This document shows, one piece after another, positions 29,223 to 38,597 of a stretch of 64,000 nucleotides of DNA (within the stretch, counting starts at the first letter, position 1; every line of letters starts with the position of its first letter). Source of the DNA: a virus; IMG/VR virus record IMGVR_UViG_3300021962_000025, positions 32,001 to 96,000 of that record, one strand, 5' to 3'. The translations under genes and the position numbers were made by a program. Under the pieces are notes generated by a model. That model was not told where the DNA came from. It worked only from the letters and a program-made list of their open reading frames with translations, and ran no database searches.

Positions 29223-30163
29223 TAGAAATCGGGGTAGCCGTTAGACTCACTAAAATTATTTCTTGCGATGTGTTGAACTCTTTCGTTAATGTCTGTTCGA
29301 GTTCCTACACTGTTGTTATTCTCTGCTCTACCCTTTTCGTCTCCGTCTGAAATTGCGTTAGGGTGGACTAATCCATAACCGTTATTTTCGTTATAAATAT
29401 TTCTAGCAACATTGTCTGTTCGTGTGTTAATGTCGGTCAATCCACCGACATTATTACTATTTAAACCCTTTCCTGGCTCATCTCCACTTGACAACGCATT
29501 TGGGTGATTAATACCATATCCATTATTAGGTCCGTAGATGTTTCTAGAGACAACGTCGTTACGTGTATTAATATCGGTTAAGGACCCAATCATCTCATTA
29601 TTTTCACCTTTACCTTTATCATCCCCATCAGATAGGGCGTTTTGATGTGTTACCCCATAACCATTATTTTGGTTATATGTGTTTCTCCCAATATTATCAA
29701 TTCTGGTGTTGATGTCAGTAGAACCTCCGATTTTACCGTTATTTTCACCTTTTCCCAATTCATCACCGTCTGAAATAGCGTTGGGGTGGTTGACACCATA
29801 ACCATTATTTTGATTGTAAGTGTTTCTACCTAAATGTTCCTGTCTTTGATTGATATCCGTAAACGTACCTATCTGACCGTTATTTTCACCCCTACCATAT
29901 TCATCACCATCGGATATGGCGTTGGGGTTTTGTAAACCATAACCAAATTCGGAGGAATAACGATTTCTTCCAATAGAATCTAACCTGTTATTTATGTCGA
30001 CAGAAGACCCAACATTACCATTATTCTCTCCTTTACCTCTTTCATCTCCACTTGAAATTGCATTATTGTGGTTGGAGTCATAACCGCTGTCTGACTTATA
30101 AATGTTTTTAACTATCGCCTCTTGTCTAAACTTATCCGATATTAAATCTATTTGACTTGCCAT
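29222..30163 (-). CDS. 47-residue tandem repeat protein
   Basis: Six copies of NA(I/L)SxGDExG(K/R)GENNxxxGxxTDINxRxxxxxRNxYxxxNGYGxxHP plus a partial N-terminal unit; 141-bp period. Confidence 0.85.
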   Translation of the reverse strand: MASQIDLISDKFRQEAIVKNIYKSDSGYDSNHNNAISSGDERGKGENNGNVGSSVDINNRLDSIGRNRYSSEFGYGLQNPNAISDGDEYGRGENNGQIGTFTDINQRQEHLGRNTYNQNNGYGVNHPNAISDGDELGKGENNGKIGGSTDINTRIDNIGRNTYNQNNGYGVTHQNALSDGDDKGKGENNEMIGSLTDINTRNDVVSRNIYGPNNGYGINHPNALSSGDEPGKGLNSNNVGGLTDINTRTDNVARNIYNENNGYGLVHPNAISDGDEKGRAENNNSVGTRTDINERVQHIARNNFSESNGYPDF

Positions 30164-30642
30164 TATAATAATTCTTTGATTCTTTTTATTTCCTCAAAAA
30201 CACCTAAGGATGATATTGGAGTGACTGATGTTTTATCTGAATTCGATTTTAACATATTTGTAGGGACACTGTAATTTGATTTCTTTTTATGTGTTTTTAG
30301 GAACGCGTTTTTTCTATCAATCTGACCAATGTTATTTGATCTTTGTTGTGATTTTTTGTTTTTCTCAATCAGGTCTCTTTCCCCGTCTAAAAATGTCCTA
30401 CCCCAATTTAACATCTCATCACCACCGGCTAAATTATATTGTATAAGTGGTAGTGATCCGCTTTCTAAATCATGTATAATTCTTTTTAGTTGGGCGTATG
30501 ATACGTTCTTTGTTCTAAGTAAGTTCTTAGCTCTTTGAGTGCCATCAACAGATTTATCCTCTAACGACGTGAATACCTTATGTATATAATTAAACACATT
30601 GTCAGGAATCTGAAAATTTCTATTCTTGAGCCTACTATTCAT
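30163..30642 (-). CDS. Hypothetical basic protein
   Basis: 159 aa, coupled at both ends, ends FEEIKRIKELL. Confidence 0.7.
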   Translation of the reverse strand: MNSRLKNRNFQIPDNVFNYIHKVFTSLEDKSVDGTQRAKNLLRTKNVSYAQLKRIIHDLESGSLPLIQYNLAGGDEMLNWGRTFLDGERDLIEKNKKSQQRSNNIGQIDRKNAFLKTHKKKSNYSVPTNMLKSNSDKTSVTPISSLGVFEEIKRIKELL

Positions 30643-31376
30643 TAAAATAAGTCTTTTATATCATTAATTGATAATCCGTTATTTTCTAAACTATTTTTTA
30701 AAGAGGAGACTTGTCTTTTAATTATTTGTGGAATTTCTTTACTCTCTTCTTTATCCAAAATGTCGTGGTTAAAATCTTTTTTACTTAAGACTGTTTCCAT
30801 ATAGTCTTTCATAAATTTTTTAGGGTTCTCCACTAATCTTACCTTATCCTCGGGTAGTTTTTCATCATACCCCATCGATTCAAGTCTCTCCATTGCATCG
30901 TCGTGGGTCAACCCTAATTCTTTTGTAAAATGATTGTACGCTTGTTCGAATGTATCATCTTCACCTAACGTATCATCATAACCTAACGACTTACTCATAT
31001 CCGACTCCGCCCAATATCTTAAAGATGTGTGGGTACCATGGACACCGTGTGTACCCATAGATCCGCCTGAGGTTTTCGCGACCTTGTCTGTCGTTGATTT
31101 AGATCCAACAGTTTTTGTTGCTAGGTTAGTGGGTTTAGAACCTCTTTTTATATTGCCCTTTGAGTCGACAATTTCATCAACCTCTTTTTCTTTCTCGGTC
31201 ACCTTCTCGGGTATTTTATCAAAGTCAGTATCGTTTGAAAACTCTTTAGCGTATTTTTCCCACTTCTTCTTCTCTTTCTTGCTCACCCCTTTTTCGTTGG
31301 CCTTAGCATAGAAGAATCTTTGTTGTGCTTTTGACGCGAATTTCTCTTCGATTACCTGTTTTACGAAATTATTCAT
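30642..31376 (-). CDS. Hypothetical protein
   Basis: Start set at MNNFVKQVIEE (31376), 15 nt below a TATTTATA box at 31399-31392. Confidence 0.7.
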   Translation of the reverse strand: MNNFVKQVIEEKFASKAQQRFFYAKANEKGVSKKEKKKWEKYAKEFSNDTDFDKIPEKVTEKEKEVDEIVDSKGNIKRGSKPTNLATKTVGSKSTTDKVAKTSGGSMGTHGVHGTHTSLRYWAESDMSKSLGYDDTLGEDDTFEQAYNHFTKELGLTHDDAMERLESMGYDEKLPEDKVRLVENPKKFMKDYMETVLSKKDFNHDILDKEESKEIPQIIKRQVSSLKNSLENNGLSINDIKDLF

Positions 31377-31429
31377 AGAAACTTGTTTTATTATAAATAT
31401 CAAATAGTAAGAAAGATATTTATTAGAAT

Positions 31430-34400
31430 ATGAATACACAGGATATTTTAAGAAATTTGGGGATCAGTTTTGATTTAGTGTTGGATAATTCGGAAACATA
31501 TGACTACGAATTATCTGGTTTTGATAGTGATTATGACAAAAACGTCATAAATTTCAATACCCCCCTGTCTCTTGATGTTAGTATTCTAAAAAATTTGGAT
31601 GGGGACCAGTTAGATAGATCGGTTATAACGGTGTGTGAAGTCGATAATACTATTAACAACCCTAACTATGTATACAGTGGTTTAACAGAAACGTTTACTT
31701 ATTTAGATTTTGTTAACCATTTTAATATTCCTGACCATGAGTACAAAAATTTTATTTTAAATAACGATGTTTACACGTATACAGGTATAACAAACGAAGT
31801 ACATTATTTTAAAATTTGTTACATAGGTCCTCCATTACCAACTAGTACTCCCGAGACGACACCCACAGAAACCCCAATACCAACATCCACGCCGGAACCA
31901 ACTAGTACTGAAATTCCAACACCTACACCGACATCCACGCCGGAACCAACTAGTACTGAAATTCCAACACCTACACCAACAGAGAGTAGTACTCCTGCAC
32001 CAACTAGTACGGAAACACCAACACCGACATCACCACCTAATTTAATATTTGAGAATCAAAACACTCAATCGATCTTATTCAATTCGTTTGGTGCTAATTT
32101 TTCATCTACATGGAATTTTAGTTTCCCTCTATCAAGTGGTCAAATTGAATATGGTACACATTTGGGTATTGCTTATGGGGATTTTATACAAGTTGGAGTA
32201 AGTGGTGTTGGACCATATTCTGTCGAGGTATATAAAAACCAAACATTATTAAAAGTAGTACATAAGACCTCCCCATATACCGCGGTATACCAATTTACCA
32301 CTGGCGGATTACTTACAACGGATGTGTTGAGGATCGTTTTGACCAATTCTCAGTTACCAACACCGACACCAACAGAGAGTAGTACTCCAATTCCAACGGA
32401 AACACCAACCCCCACACCAACCTTAGATTCTAACTTACAATTAAATGTTGTGTTCTGTGGTTATGACGTAAACGGTGGAACTCAATTTAATTTTAAAGAT
32501 GATGTAGATGGTACAAATGCCTGTATAGTTCACACAAGTTATTCCCAAGGAATAACCAATGGTTATTGTGGAAGTATAGGACCGGTCTATTCATCGACAG
32601 GAACTGTTCAAGTTGTGGGTAGTGAACTCACCACATTAGGTTATTCATATAATTGGTATACGGGGTTACAACCCTATACAGGTTACGCAATAATCTACCC
32701 AATAATTGGTGGTGTTGAGGATAAACAAAACGGTCAAGTTGTACATATGACCAATAGTATTGTTGATGAGGTTGTTACATGTGTTACTCCTACACCTACG
32801 GAGACTCCAATTCCAACCAATACAGAAACACCTACACCCACACCAACCGCGGTACCAATCGATCCAAGTAACATAAACTTACAGATTTGGTATGATGGTG
32901 CCGATATTGGACAATTCCAACCAACAAACCCATCTGATGGATCCACAATTACTCAGTGGAATGATAAATCGGCAATTGCCCATAATGCCAACCCAATAGG
33001 TGGTTCTACAAGTGTTAGACCTTCCTACGAAACAAATGAATTATGTGGTAAGTCGGGTGTTTTCTTTGATGGTACTGACGGTTTGAGTATTAACCCAATC
33101 ACCGAACTACAGTCATTAACGGGTATGACTATCATAATGGTTTATAGAATGGATGTTTCCCAACAAACTGGACAAACATTATATACCAGTGAAACTTCGA
33201 CAGGTAGTTACAACAGCATTTATTTGTATAAGACCGCATATGGTCACCTGAATTTTAGTTTCACACCTGGAGGAATTCTTAGACAAAGTCAGGGACCCGT
33301 GTTTACAGATAATAACGCCCACATTATTACATTAACATTTAATGGTAATACGACTTACCATAATTTAAGAGAAAAATTGTGGATTGACGGTGTTAGTGTT
33401 CCAATATTGGCAAATACAACACTCGGGTCAACGACCGCATCCAACTTAAGTAAACTTTATATTGGTACCCATCCATTAGAAAACACGGGTATGAATGGTT
33501 ATGTGTTTGAAATGTTGGTATTTGACAAAGAATTGAGTTCGAGTGAAAGGTTGAGTGTTGAAAACCAATTAAATGATAAATGGTTTAATAATTGTGCGAC
33601 ATCTACACCATTACCAACAGGTACAAACACTCCAACACCTACTCCAACTTCGGTACCAACCATACCATTCTATCAATTTACTAACACATCAACAGCGGCT
33701 AACGACGGTGATGTTGCCGTTCAAAGTAACGCTGCTAGTTGGTCTCATTCAAGTTTAAGTTGGGGGAACATTGTAAGATGGAAATTTAATAGGTATAGTG
33801 TTTTAGGTCCCGGTCCTGAGGGAACTTACTCAAGGACTCCGTATAATGCGGGAACGACCGATAATTGGTTCGTATTCACAGGTATGGGTGCGGGTAGTAG
33901 GATCTATTTAACAGGATTAAATTATGCCCCATCAGGACCATCAGGAGGAATTTTAGATGCTACGGGTAAATCTATAGTTATTGAATTAACAACCTCACCA
34001 TCATACGATGTTGCTTCGGGAGTGATGGTTGTCGAGAATTTTACGATTGTCTCTTCCTCAGGTAGTGGATTTAATGAAAGTGAAGTTTACCAAGTTAATC
34101 TATATTCGGTACCACCTCCGACACCCACACCTACGGATACACCATTACCTACCGCAGGTTTAGTAATGGATTTTGATGCATCGACAGCCAACTCATTTAT
34201 ACAGTCCCCAACAATTTCTGATGGTGACACTATTGTTGATTGGGGTAATACTGTAAGTGGGCAACCTAATTTTGGTGGTTCAGGGACCGTTAATAATCCC
34301 CCAACATGGGATTCGTCGTCGGCAGACTTTAATAATCTCGGTGCGATTAATTTTGGACCAAACAAAAGTTTAATTGCCCAAGGAATTACAGGATTGGCAG

Positions 34401-34855
34401 GAACAAACGCGTACACCATGTTTATTGTAGTCACCACAACATCAACATCACCACAATGGATTTTACAAGGACTTAAATCCACTAATTCATCAGATGATAG
34501 TTTAACCATTTTATTTACTAGTGGTAATTTCCAAGTGACCACCACAACAAACTATAACAGAATTATACCGTATACAACAAATACCCCAACATTATACACC
34601 GTGATTTACGATGGGACACAAACGGGTGCGGATATGATGGTTATAAGGGAGAATGGGGTGTTTAAGAATAGTGGGACAATTCCATTACCAAGTAATCTAA
34701 ACGCAACACTAACAGGTATTGAGTTAGGTACAAATGCGGGGGAAACGACGGGTCTTTATGGTCAAATACCCGCATTTAAAATGTATAATACCGTTTTAAC
34801 TAATTCTGAAATAACGGCAGTCGAGAACTCGTTGATTAGTAAATTCAACTTATAA
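31430..34855 (+). CDS. Large modular fibre/adhesin protein with Pro/Thr linkers and two LamG-like domains
   Basis: Five TPTP linkers separate beta-rich modules. Two modules resemble each other (LQIWYDGAD...WNDKS...LSSSERLSVENQL and LVMDFDAS...WGNTV...LTNSEITAVENSL). TATTTATT box 5 nt before the ATG. Confidence 0.7.
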   Translation: MNTQDILRNLGISFDLVLDNSETYDYELSGFDSDYDKNVINFNTPLSLDVSILKNLDGDQLDRSVITVCEVDNTINNPNYVYSGLTETFTYLDFVNHFNIPDHEYKNFILNNDVYTYTGITNEVHYFKICYIGPPLPTSTPETTPTETPIPTSTPEPTSTEIPTPTPTSTPEPTSTEIPTPTPTESSTPAPTSTETPTPTSPPNLIFENQNTQSILFNSFGANFSSTWNFSFPLSSGQIEYGTHLGIAYGDFIQVGVSGVGPYSVEVYKNQTLLKVVHKTSPYTAVYQFTTGGLLTTDVLRIVLTNSQLPTPTPTESSTPIPTETPTPTPTLDSNLQLNVVFCGYDVNGGTQFNFKDDVDGTNACIVHTSYSQGITNGYCGSIGPVYSSTGTVQVVGSELTTLGYSYNWYTGLQPYTGYAIIYPIIGGVEDKQNGQVVHMTNSIVDEVVTCVTPTPTETPIPTNTETPTPTPTAVPIDPSNINLQIWYDGADIGQFQPTNPSDGSTITQWNDKSAIAHNANPIGGSTSVRPSYETNELCGKSGVFFDGTDGLSINPITELQSLTGMTIIMVYRMDVSQQTGQTLYTSETSTGSYNSIYLYKTAYGHLNFSFTPGGILRQSQGPVFTDNNAHIITLTFNGNTTYHNLREKLWIDGVSVPILANTTLGSTTASNLSKLYIGTHPLENTGMNGYVFEMLVFDKELSSSERLSVENQLNDKWFNNCATSTPLPTGTNTPTPTPTSVPTIPFYQFTNTSTAANDGDVAVQSNAASWSHSSLSWGNIVRWKFNRYSVLGPGPEGTYSRTPYNAGTTDNWFVFTGMGAGSRIYLTGLNYAPSGPSGGILDATGKSIVIELTTSPSYDVASGVMVVENFTIVSSSGSGFNESEVYQVNLYSVPPPTPTPTDTPLPTAGLVMDFDASTANSFIQSPTISDGDTIVDWGNTVSGQPNFGGSGTVNNPPTWDSSSADFNNLGAINFGPNKSLIAQGITGLAGTNAYTMFIVVTTTSTSPQWILQGLKSTNSSDDSLTILFTSGNFQVTTTTNYNRIIPYTTNTPTLYTVIYDGTQTGADMMVIRENGVFKNSGTIPLPSNLNATLTGIELGTNAGETTGLYGQIPAFKMYNTVLTNSEITAVENSLISKFNL
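31883..31977 (+). repeat. Tandem 48-bp duplication encoding PTSTPEPTSTEIPTPT
   Basis: ACATCCACGCCGGAACCAACTAGTACTGAAATTCCAACACCTACACC occurs identically at 31883 and 31931. Confidence 0.9.
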
Positions 34856-34939
34856 TTCTAAACATTCAACCAAAGACATAATTTTTAAGTTAGTGGATGA
34901 AATAACTGATGTTTTTACTATTTATAGATAAAAGTAAAA

Positions 34940-35962
34940 ATGTCATTAGAGATCTCAGGATTCACCACGAATTTAATTAGTTGTGAGTCATCATTAGGTG
35001 GTGACTGTTGTCCTATTGACCCAACATTAGACCTTAGACCATGGCAATATCAGTTTAACACTCATGGTGGATCTAATAATTGTGATTTTATTATTGAGAG
35101 GAGACCTGAGAAGGGTTGGTCATTAGATTTTGTTTTTAATAGACAAAATTTACCATGGTCATTAGGGAATACTTTTTATTTTTTTGGTGTTAGAGATGAA
35201 TATAATCAGAGATTATATGCTGACAATAATTTATCTTTTTCGTTTACCTCAGATGGTAGGATAAAATGGGAAGCTTACCGTTATTCGGGTGCATGTATAA
35301 ATGAGGTTTACCAAGAAACATTCTACATTGACTCGGGAGTAACTCCGGTATTATGTACAAGTGGGACTCTTAAAGACTTTAATATTACCATTGTTTTTGA
35401 TAGGCATTTAAGACACACAGAATGTGAGATTGAGAATGCCGGTGGGTGGAATGACCTAATTACGGGAGAAACTATAACAAACCCTCTTGACGTTGTCCTA
35501 TCGGGGGCTACAGAAAGTTACCAATATATCGAAGAATTAAATAAGGATTGGAATGATGAGAGATACGCTCGTTTAGGTATATTAAAAATTTACCTGAATG
35601 GGTGGCCAATCTATAAAAAGGATAATTGGGAGGAGATAGTCCCATCTAAGAGAGGATTCCAACCATTTGTACAATCGTGGGGTGGGGGTGTAAGTGGATC
35701 TGGTGGGATTCACCTTGGTACAACACAATTTAACCTAAAAAGAGTGAAATATATCGAAGACCCATTAAATGCGTTGGAGGTTAGACATCATTATTTGGTT
35801 TCAACAAAACCATATTATAACATAACAGAATGTACTGAACCATGTGAAGAAAATAATATAGTCCCATTTTATGAGAATACAATCACTTTTGAGGATGATT
35901 CTGATTTAGATGGTGAAAAGGATATTATTTACACAGATTCGGGGGACGTATTAATTTATTAA
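34940..35962 (+). CDS. Hypothetical Cys-containing beta-rich structural protein
   Basis: 340-aa ORF with a TATTTATA box at 34919-34926. Confidence 0.65.
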   Translation: MSLEISGFTTNLISCESSLGGDCCPIDPTLDLRPWQYQFNTHGGSNNCDFIIERRPEKGWSLDFVFNRQNLPWSLGNTFYFFGVRDEYNQRLYADNNLSFSFTSDGRIKWEAYRYSGACINEVYQETFYIDSGVTPVLCTSGTLKDFNITIVFDRHLRHTECEIENAGGWNDLITGETITNPLDVVLSGATESYQYIEELNKDWNDERYARLGILKIYLNGWPIYKKDNWEEIVPSKRGFQPFVQSWGGGVSGSGGIHLGTTQFNLKRVKYIEDPLNALEVRHHYLVSTKPYYNITECTEPCEENNIVPFYENTITFEDDSDLDGEKDIIYTDSGDVLIY

Positions 35963-35975
35963 AATATTTATTAGA

Positions 35976-38591
35976 ATGGCATTCAGAAGAATATCGGATT
36001 TAAGTTCAAGTTTAACCCCAAGTGGTAGTGGTATTATCCCTATTTCACAGGACGGGAAAACCTATGGCACTACTTTAAACACAATTAAGGGTCAAATTTC
36101 TACAGAACTTATTACTGAGTTTGTATTGTCATCTTCCTTTAATCCATTTACATCTTCGGTAAATCAATTAACATCATCTGTTAGTGATTTAAACGTCTTT
36201 TCTTCGTCCGCAGATCAAAGGTTAGATTCCTTAGAAATTTATACAGGTTCTTTAGATGATACGTTTGCCACAGATTTTGAGTTGGCAGAATTCAGAGATT
36301 ATTTTAATACTTACACATCTTCAAACAACAATGTTAATACACAACAAAACCAAAGATTAGATGCGTTAGAATCTGAAACTTCAGATTTGGGAGATATTAG
36401 AAATAGAATTAACTCTATTGAAATAGAAACAGGATCACTAAACGATCAACTTCAAACAGAAAGAGAAAGGGTAGATGCTATTTTATTATCTTCTGATGCG
36501 GACAAGGATTCATTTGCTGAAATTGTTAATTTAATTAACTCAATCGACACAGAAAATGACAATAGTTTTGGTTCGTATGTTTTGGAAGCCAATGGTAGAT
36601 TAGATTCTTTAGAAACGGAATCAGGTTCTATAAGAGGTACTCTTAATTCATATACATCATCTACGGATGAAAGAATTGGCAGTATTGAGGGTAAGAGTGG
36701 TTCATGGATAACTTTAAATGATTTACCCACACCCCTACCGACATCAACTCCGTCACCAACATTCCTACCGACAGCAACACCAATACCAACCCAATTACCT
36801 ATTGATTTATCGGTTATTGAGGGTAGATTAAACTCCTTAGAAATAGAGAGTGGTTCTTTAAGAAACGACTTTAATAATTTTACTTCATCGTTTCTATCAA
36901 TTTCATCATCATTTAATGAAAGAATAGATAGTATTTATTCTTCATTAATGGCGTGTTGTTACCCACCAACGGCAACCCCTAATCCAACTTCGACACCAGA
37001 TCCAACGGCAACACCTAATCCAACTCCTGACCCAACTGCGAGCCCGAATCCAACGGCAACGGAGTTACCAACAGCAACGCCACAACCATCACCCGACCCA
37101 ACAGCAACGCCACAACCAACAGCAACAGAGATACCCCCAACGGCAACTCCTACGGACACACCAGTACCAACGGCAACGGTAGAACCCTTATTACTCTCAG
37201 TGAACCCTTTCTGTGATTATGAACCTCAAGATCATGGTGTTAAATTTATCGCAACGGGAGGTGTTAAAATTAACGGAAATAGTTATGAATATTCTAACAA
37301 TTACCATTTAACACAACAAGACGCACTAAATGAGACTTCATTTAATAGTGTCTCCATTCCTGATGAAATGTTACTTTACCTTTTACCTCAAGATCATGGT
37401 AAGACTTTATGGGTTTCAGTTAGAGATTCTGTAGGAACAATTGTGGCTGAGTCTTGGACTGATACATGTGAAATGATACCAACCGCGACTCCATTACCTA
37501 CCGCTACGGAAAATCCAACGGCAACTCCTAACCCATCGGCAACGGAGCAACCCACACCAGTACCTACTGCTACGGAAAATCCGACTGCTACACCGGATCC
37601 AACATCTACGGAGCAACCCACACCAGTACCTACATCGACTGAGGTACCAACGGCAACACCAAATCCAACAGCGACAGAACATTCAACACCATTCCCAACG
37701 TCGACTGAGGCACCAACAGCAACTCCTAACCCATCGGCAACGGAGCAACCCACACCAGTACCCACTGCTACGGAAAATCCGACGGCCACACCTAATCCAA
37801 CAGCAACGGATCAACCTACACCAGTACCCACATCGACTGAGGTACCAACGGCAACCCCTAACCCATCGGCAACTCCTAACCCCACACCAAACCCAACCGC
37901 AACAGATTTACCAACAGCAACTCCTAACCCAACAGCAACGGAGCAACCAACACCAGTACCTACGGCAACCTTTAATCCGACTTCAACGCCTAATCCAACT
38001 ACAACACCAGGATCCACACCTGACCCAACTTCAACACCAGGACCAACACCAAATTCTACCCCTAACCCGACCGCAACGGAGCAACCTACACCAGTACCTA
38101 CTGCTACGGAAAATCCGACTGCTACACCGGATCCAACATCTACACCAGCACCAACACCGGCACCAACGGCTACAGAGTTACCTACTGCAACCCCTAATCC
38201 AACAGCAACGGAGCAACCTACACCAGTACCTACTGCTACAGAGAACCCAACAGCAACCCCTAACCCAACGGCAACCGAACAACCAACACCAGTACCTACT
38301 GCGACAGAATTACCTACCGCGACACCTAATCCAACGGCAACTCCTAATCCTACCCCTAACCCGACCGCAACGGAGAACCCAACGGCAACACCTAATCCAA
38401 CTGCAACCCCTAATCCCACACCAAATCCAACGGCTACAGAGAACCCAACGGCAACTCCTAATCCGACTGCGACACCGGATCCAACCCCTAACCCAACTGC
38501 GAGTCCGAATCCAACCGCGACACCTAATCCAACACCAAGTTCAACTCCTGTGAGTGGAGCGAACACATTATTTGTACATTATCCAAATTAA
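35976..38591 (+). CDS. Tail-fibre-like protein: coiled-coil repeats plus ~350-aa Pro/Thr/Ala mucin-like stalk
   Basis: N-terminal MAFRRISDL...IIPISQDG, repeated RLxSLExxSGS units, then PTATPNP/TEQPTPV repeats; TATTTATT box 3 nt before the ATG. Confidence 0.75.
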   Translation: MAFRRISDLSSSLTPSGSGIIPISQDGKTYGTTLNTIKGQISTELITEFVLSSSFNPFTSSVNQLTSSVSDLNVFSSSADQRLDSLEIYTGSLDDTFATDFELAEFRDYFNTYTSSNNNVNTQQNQRLDALESETSDLGDIRNRINSIEIETGSLNDQLQTERERVDAILLSSDADKDSFAEIVNLINSIDTENDNSFGSYVLEANGRLDSLETESGSIRGTLNSYTSSTDERIGSIEGKSGSWITLNDLPTPLPTSTPSPTFLPTATPIPTQLPIDLSVIEGRLNSLEIESGSLRNDFNNFTSSFLSISSSFNERIDSIYSSLMACCYPPTATPNPTSTPDPTATPNPTPDPTASPNPTATELPTATPQPSPDPTATPQPTATEIPPTATPTDTPVPTATVEPLLLSVNPFCDYEPQDHGVKFIATGGVKINGNSYEYSNNYHLTQQDALNETSFNSVSIPDEMLLYLLPQDHGKTLWVSVRDSVGTIVAESWTDTCEMIPTATPLPTATENPTATPNPSATEQPTPVPTATENPTATPDPTSTEQPTPVPTSTEVPTATPNPTATEHSTPFPTSTEAPTATPNPSATEQPTPVPTATENPTATPNPTATDQPTPVPTSTEVPTATPNPSATPNPTPNPTATDLPTATPNPTATEQPTPVPTATFNPTSTPNPTTTPGSTPDPTSTPGPTPNSTPNPTATEQPTPVPTATENPTATPDPTSTPAPTPAPTATELPTATPNPTATEQPTPVPTATENPTATPNPTATEQPTPVPTATELPTATPNPTATPNPTPNPTATENPTATPNPTATPNPTPNPTATENPTATPNPTATPDPTPNPTASPNPTATPNPTPSSTPVSGANTLFVHYPN
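37479..38549 (+). repeat. Coding minisatellite (PTATENPTATPNP / PTATEQPTPV units)
   Basis: About 1.07 kb of C/A-rich degenerate repeats, including near-identical ~70-bp blocks near 37541 and 38075. Confidence 0.9.
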
Positions 38592-38597
38592 TATATC

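Noticed and set aside
29222-30163. Regular 141-bp periodicity considered as CRISPR or ncRNA array
   Set aside because: Units are degenerate at third codon positions and conserve amino acids; there is no identical repeat/unique spacer pattern.
37811-38566. 251-aa minus-strand Val/Gly/Ala ORF (also 37394-37789 and 36959-37159)
   Set aside because: Antisense shadow of the Pro/Thr/Ala/Asn coding repeat, whose reverse complement is naturally poor in stop codons; no promoter or start context.
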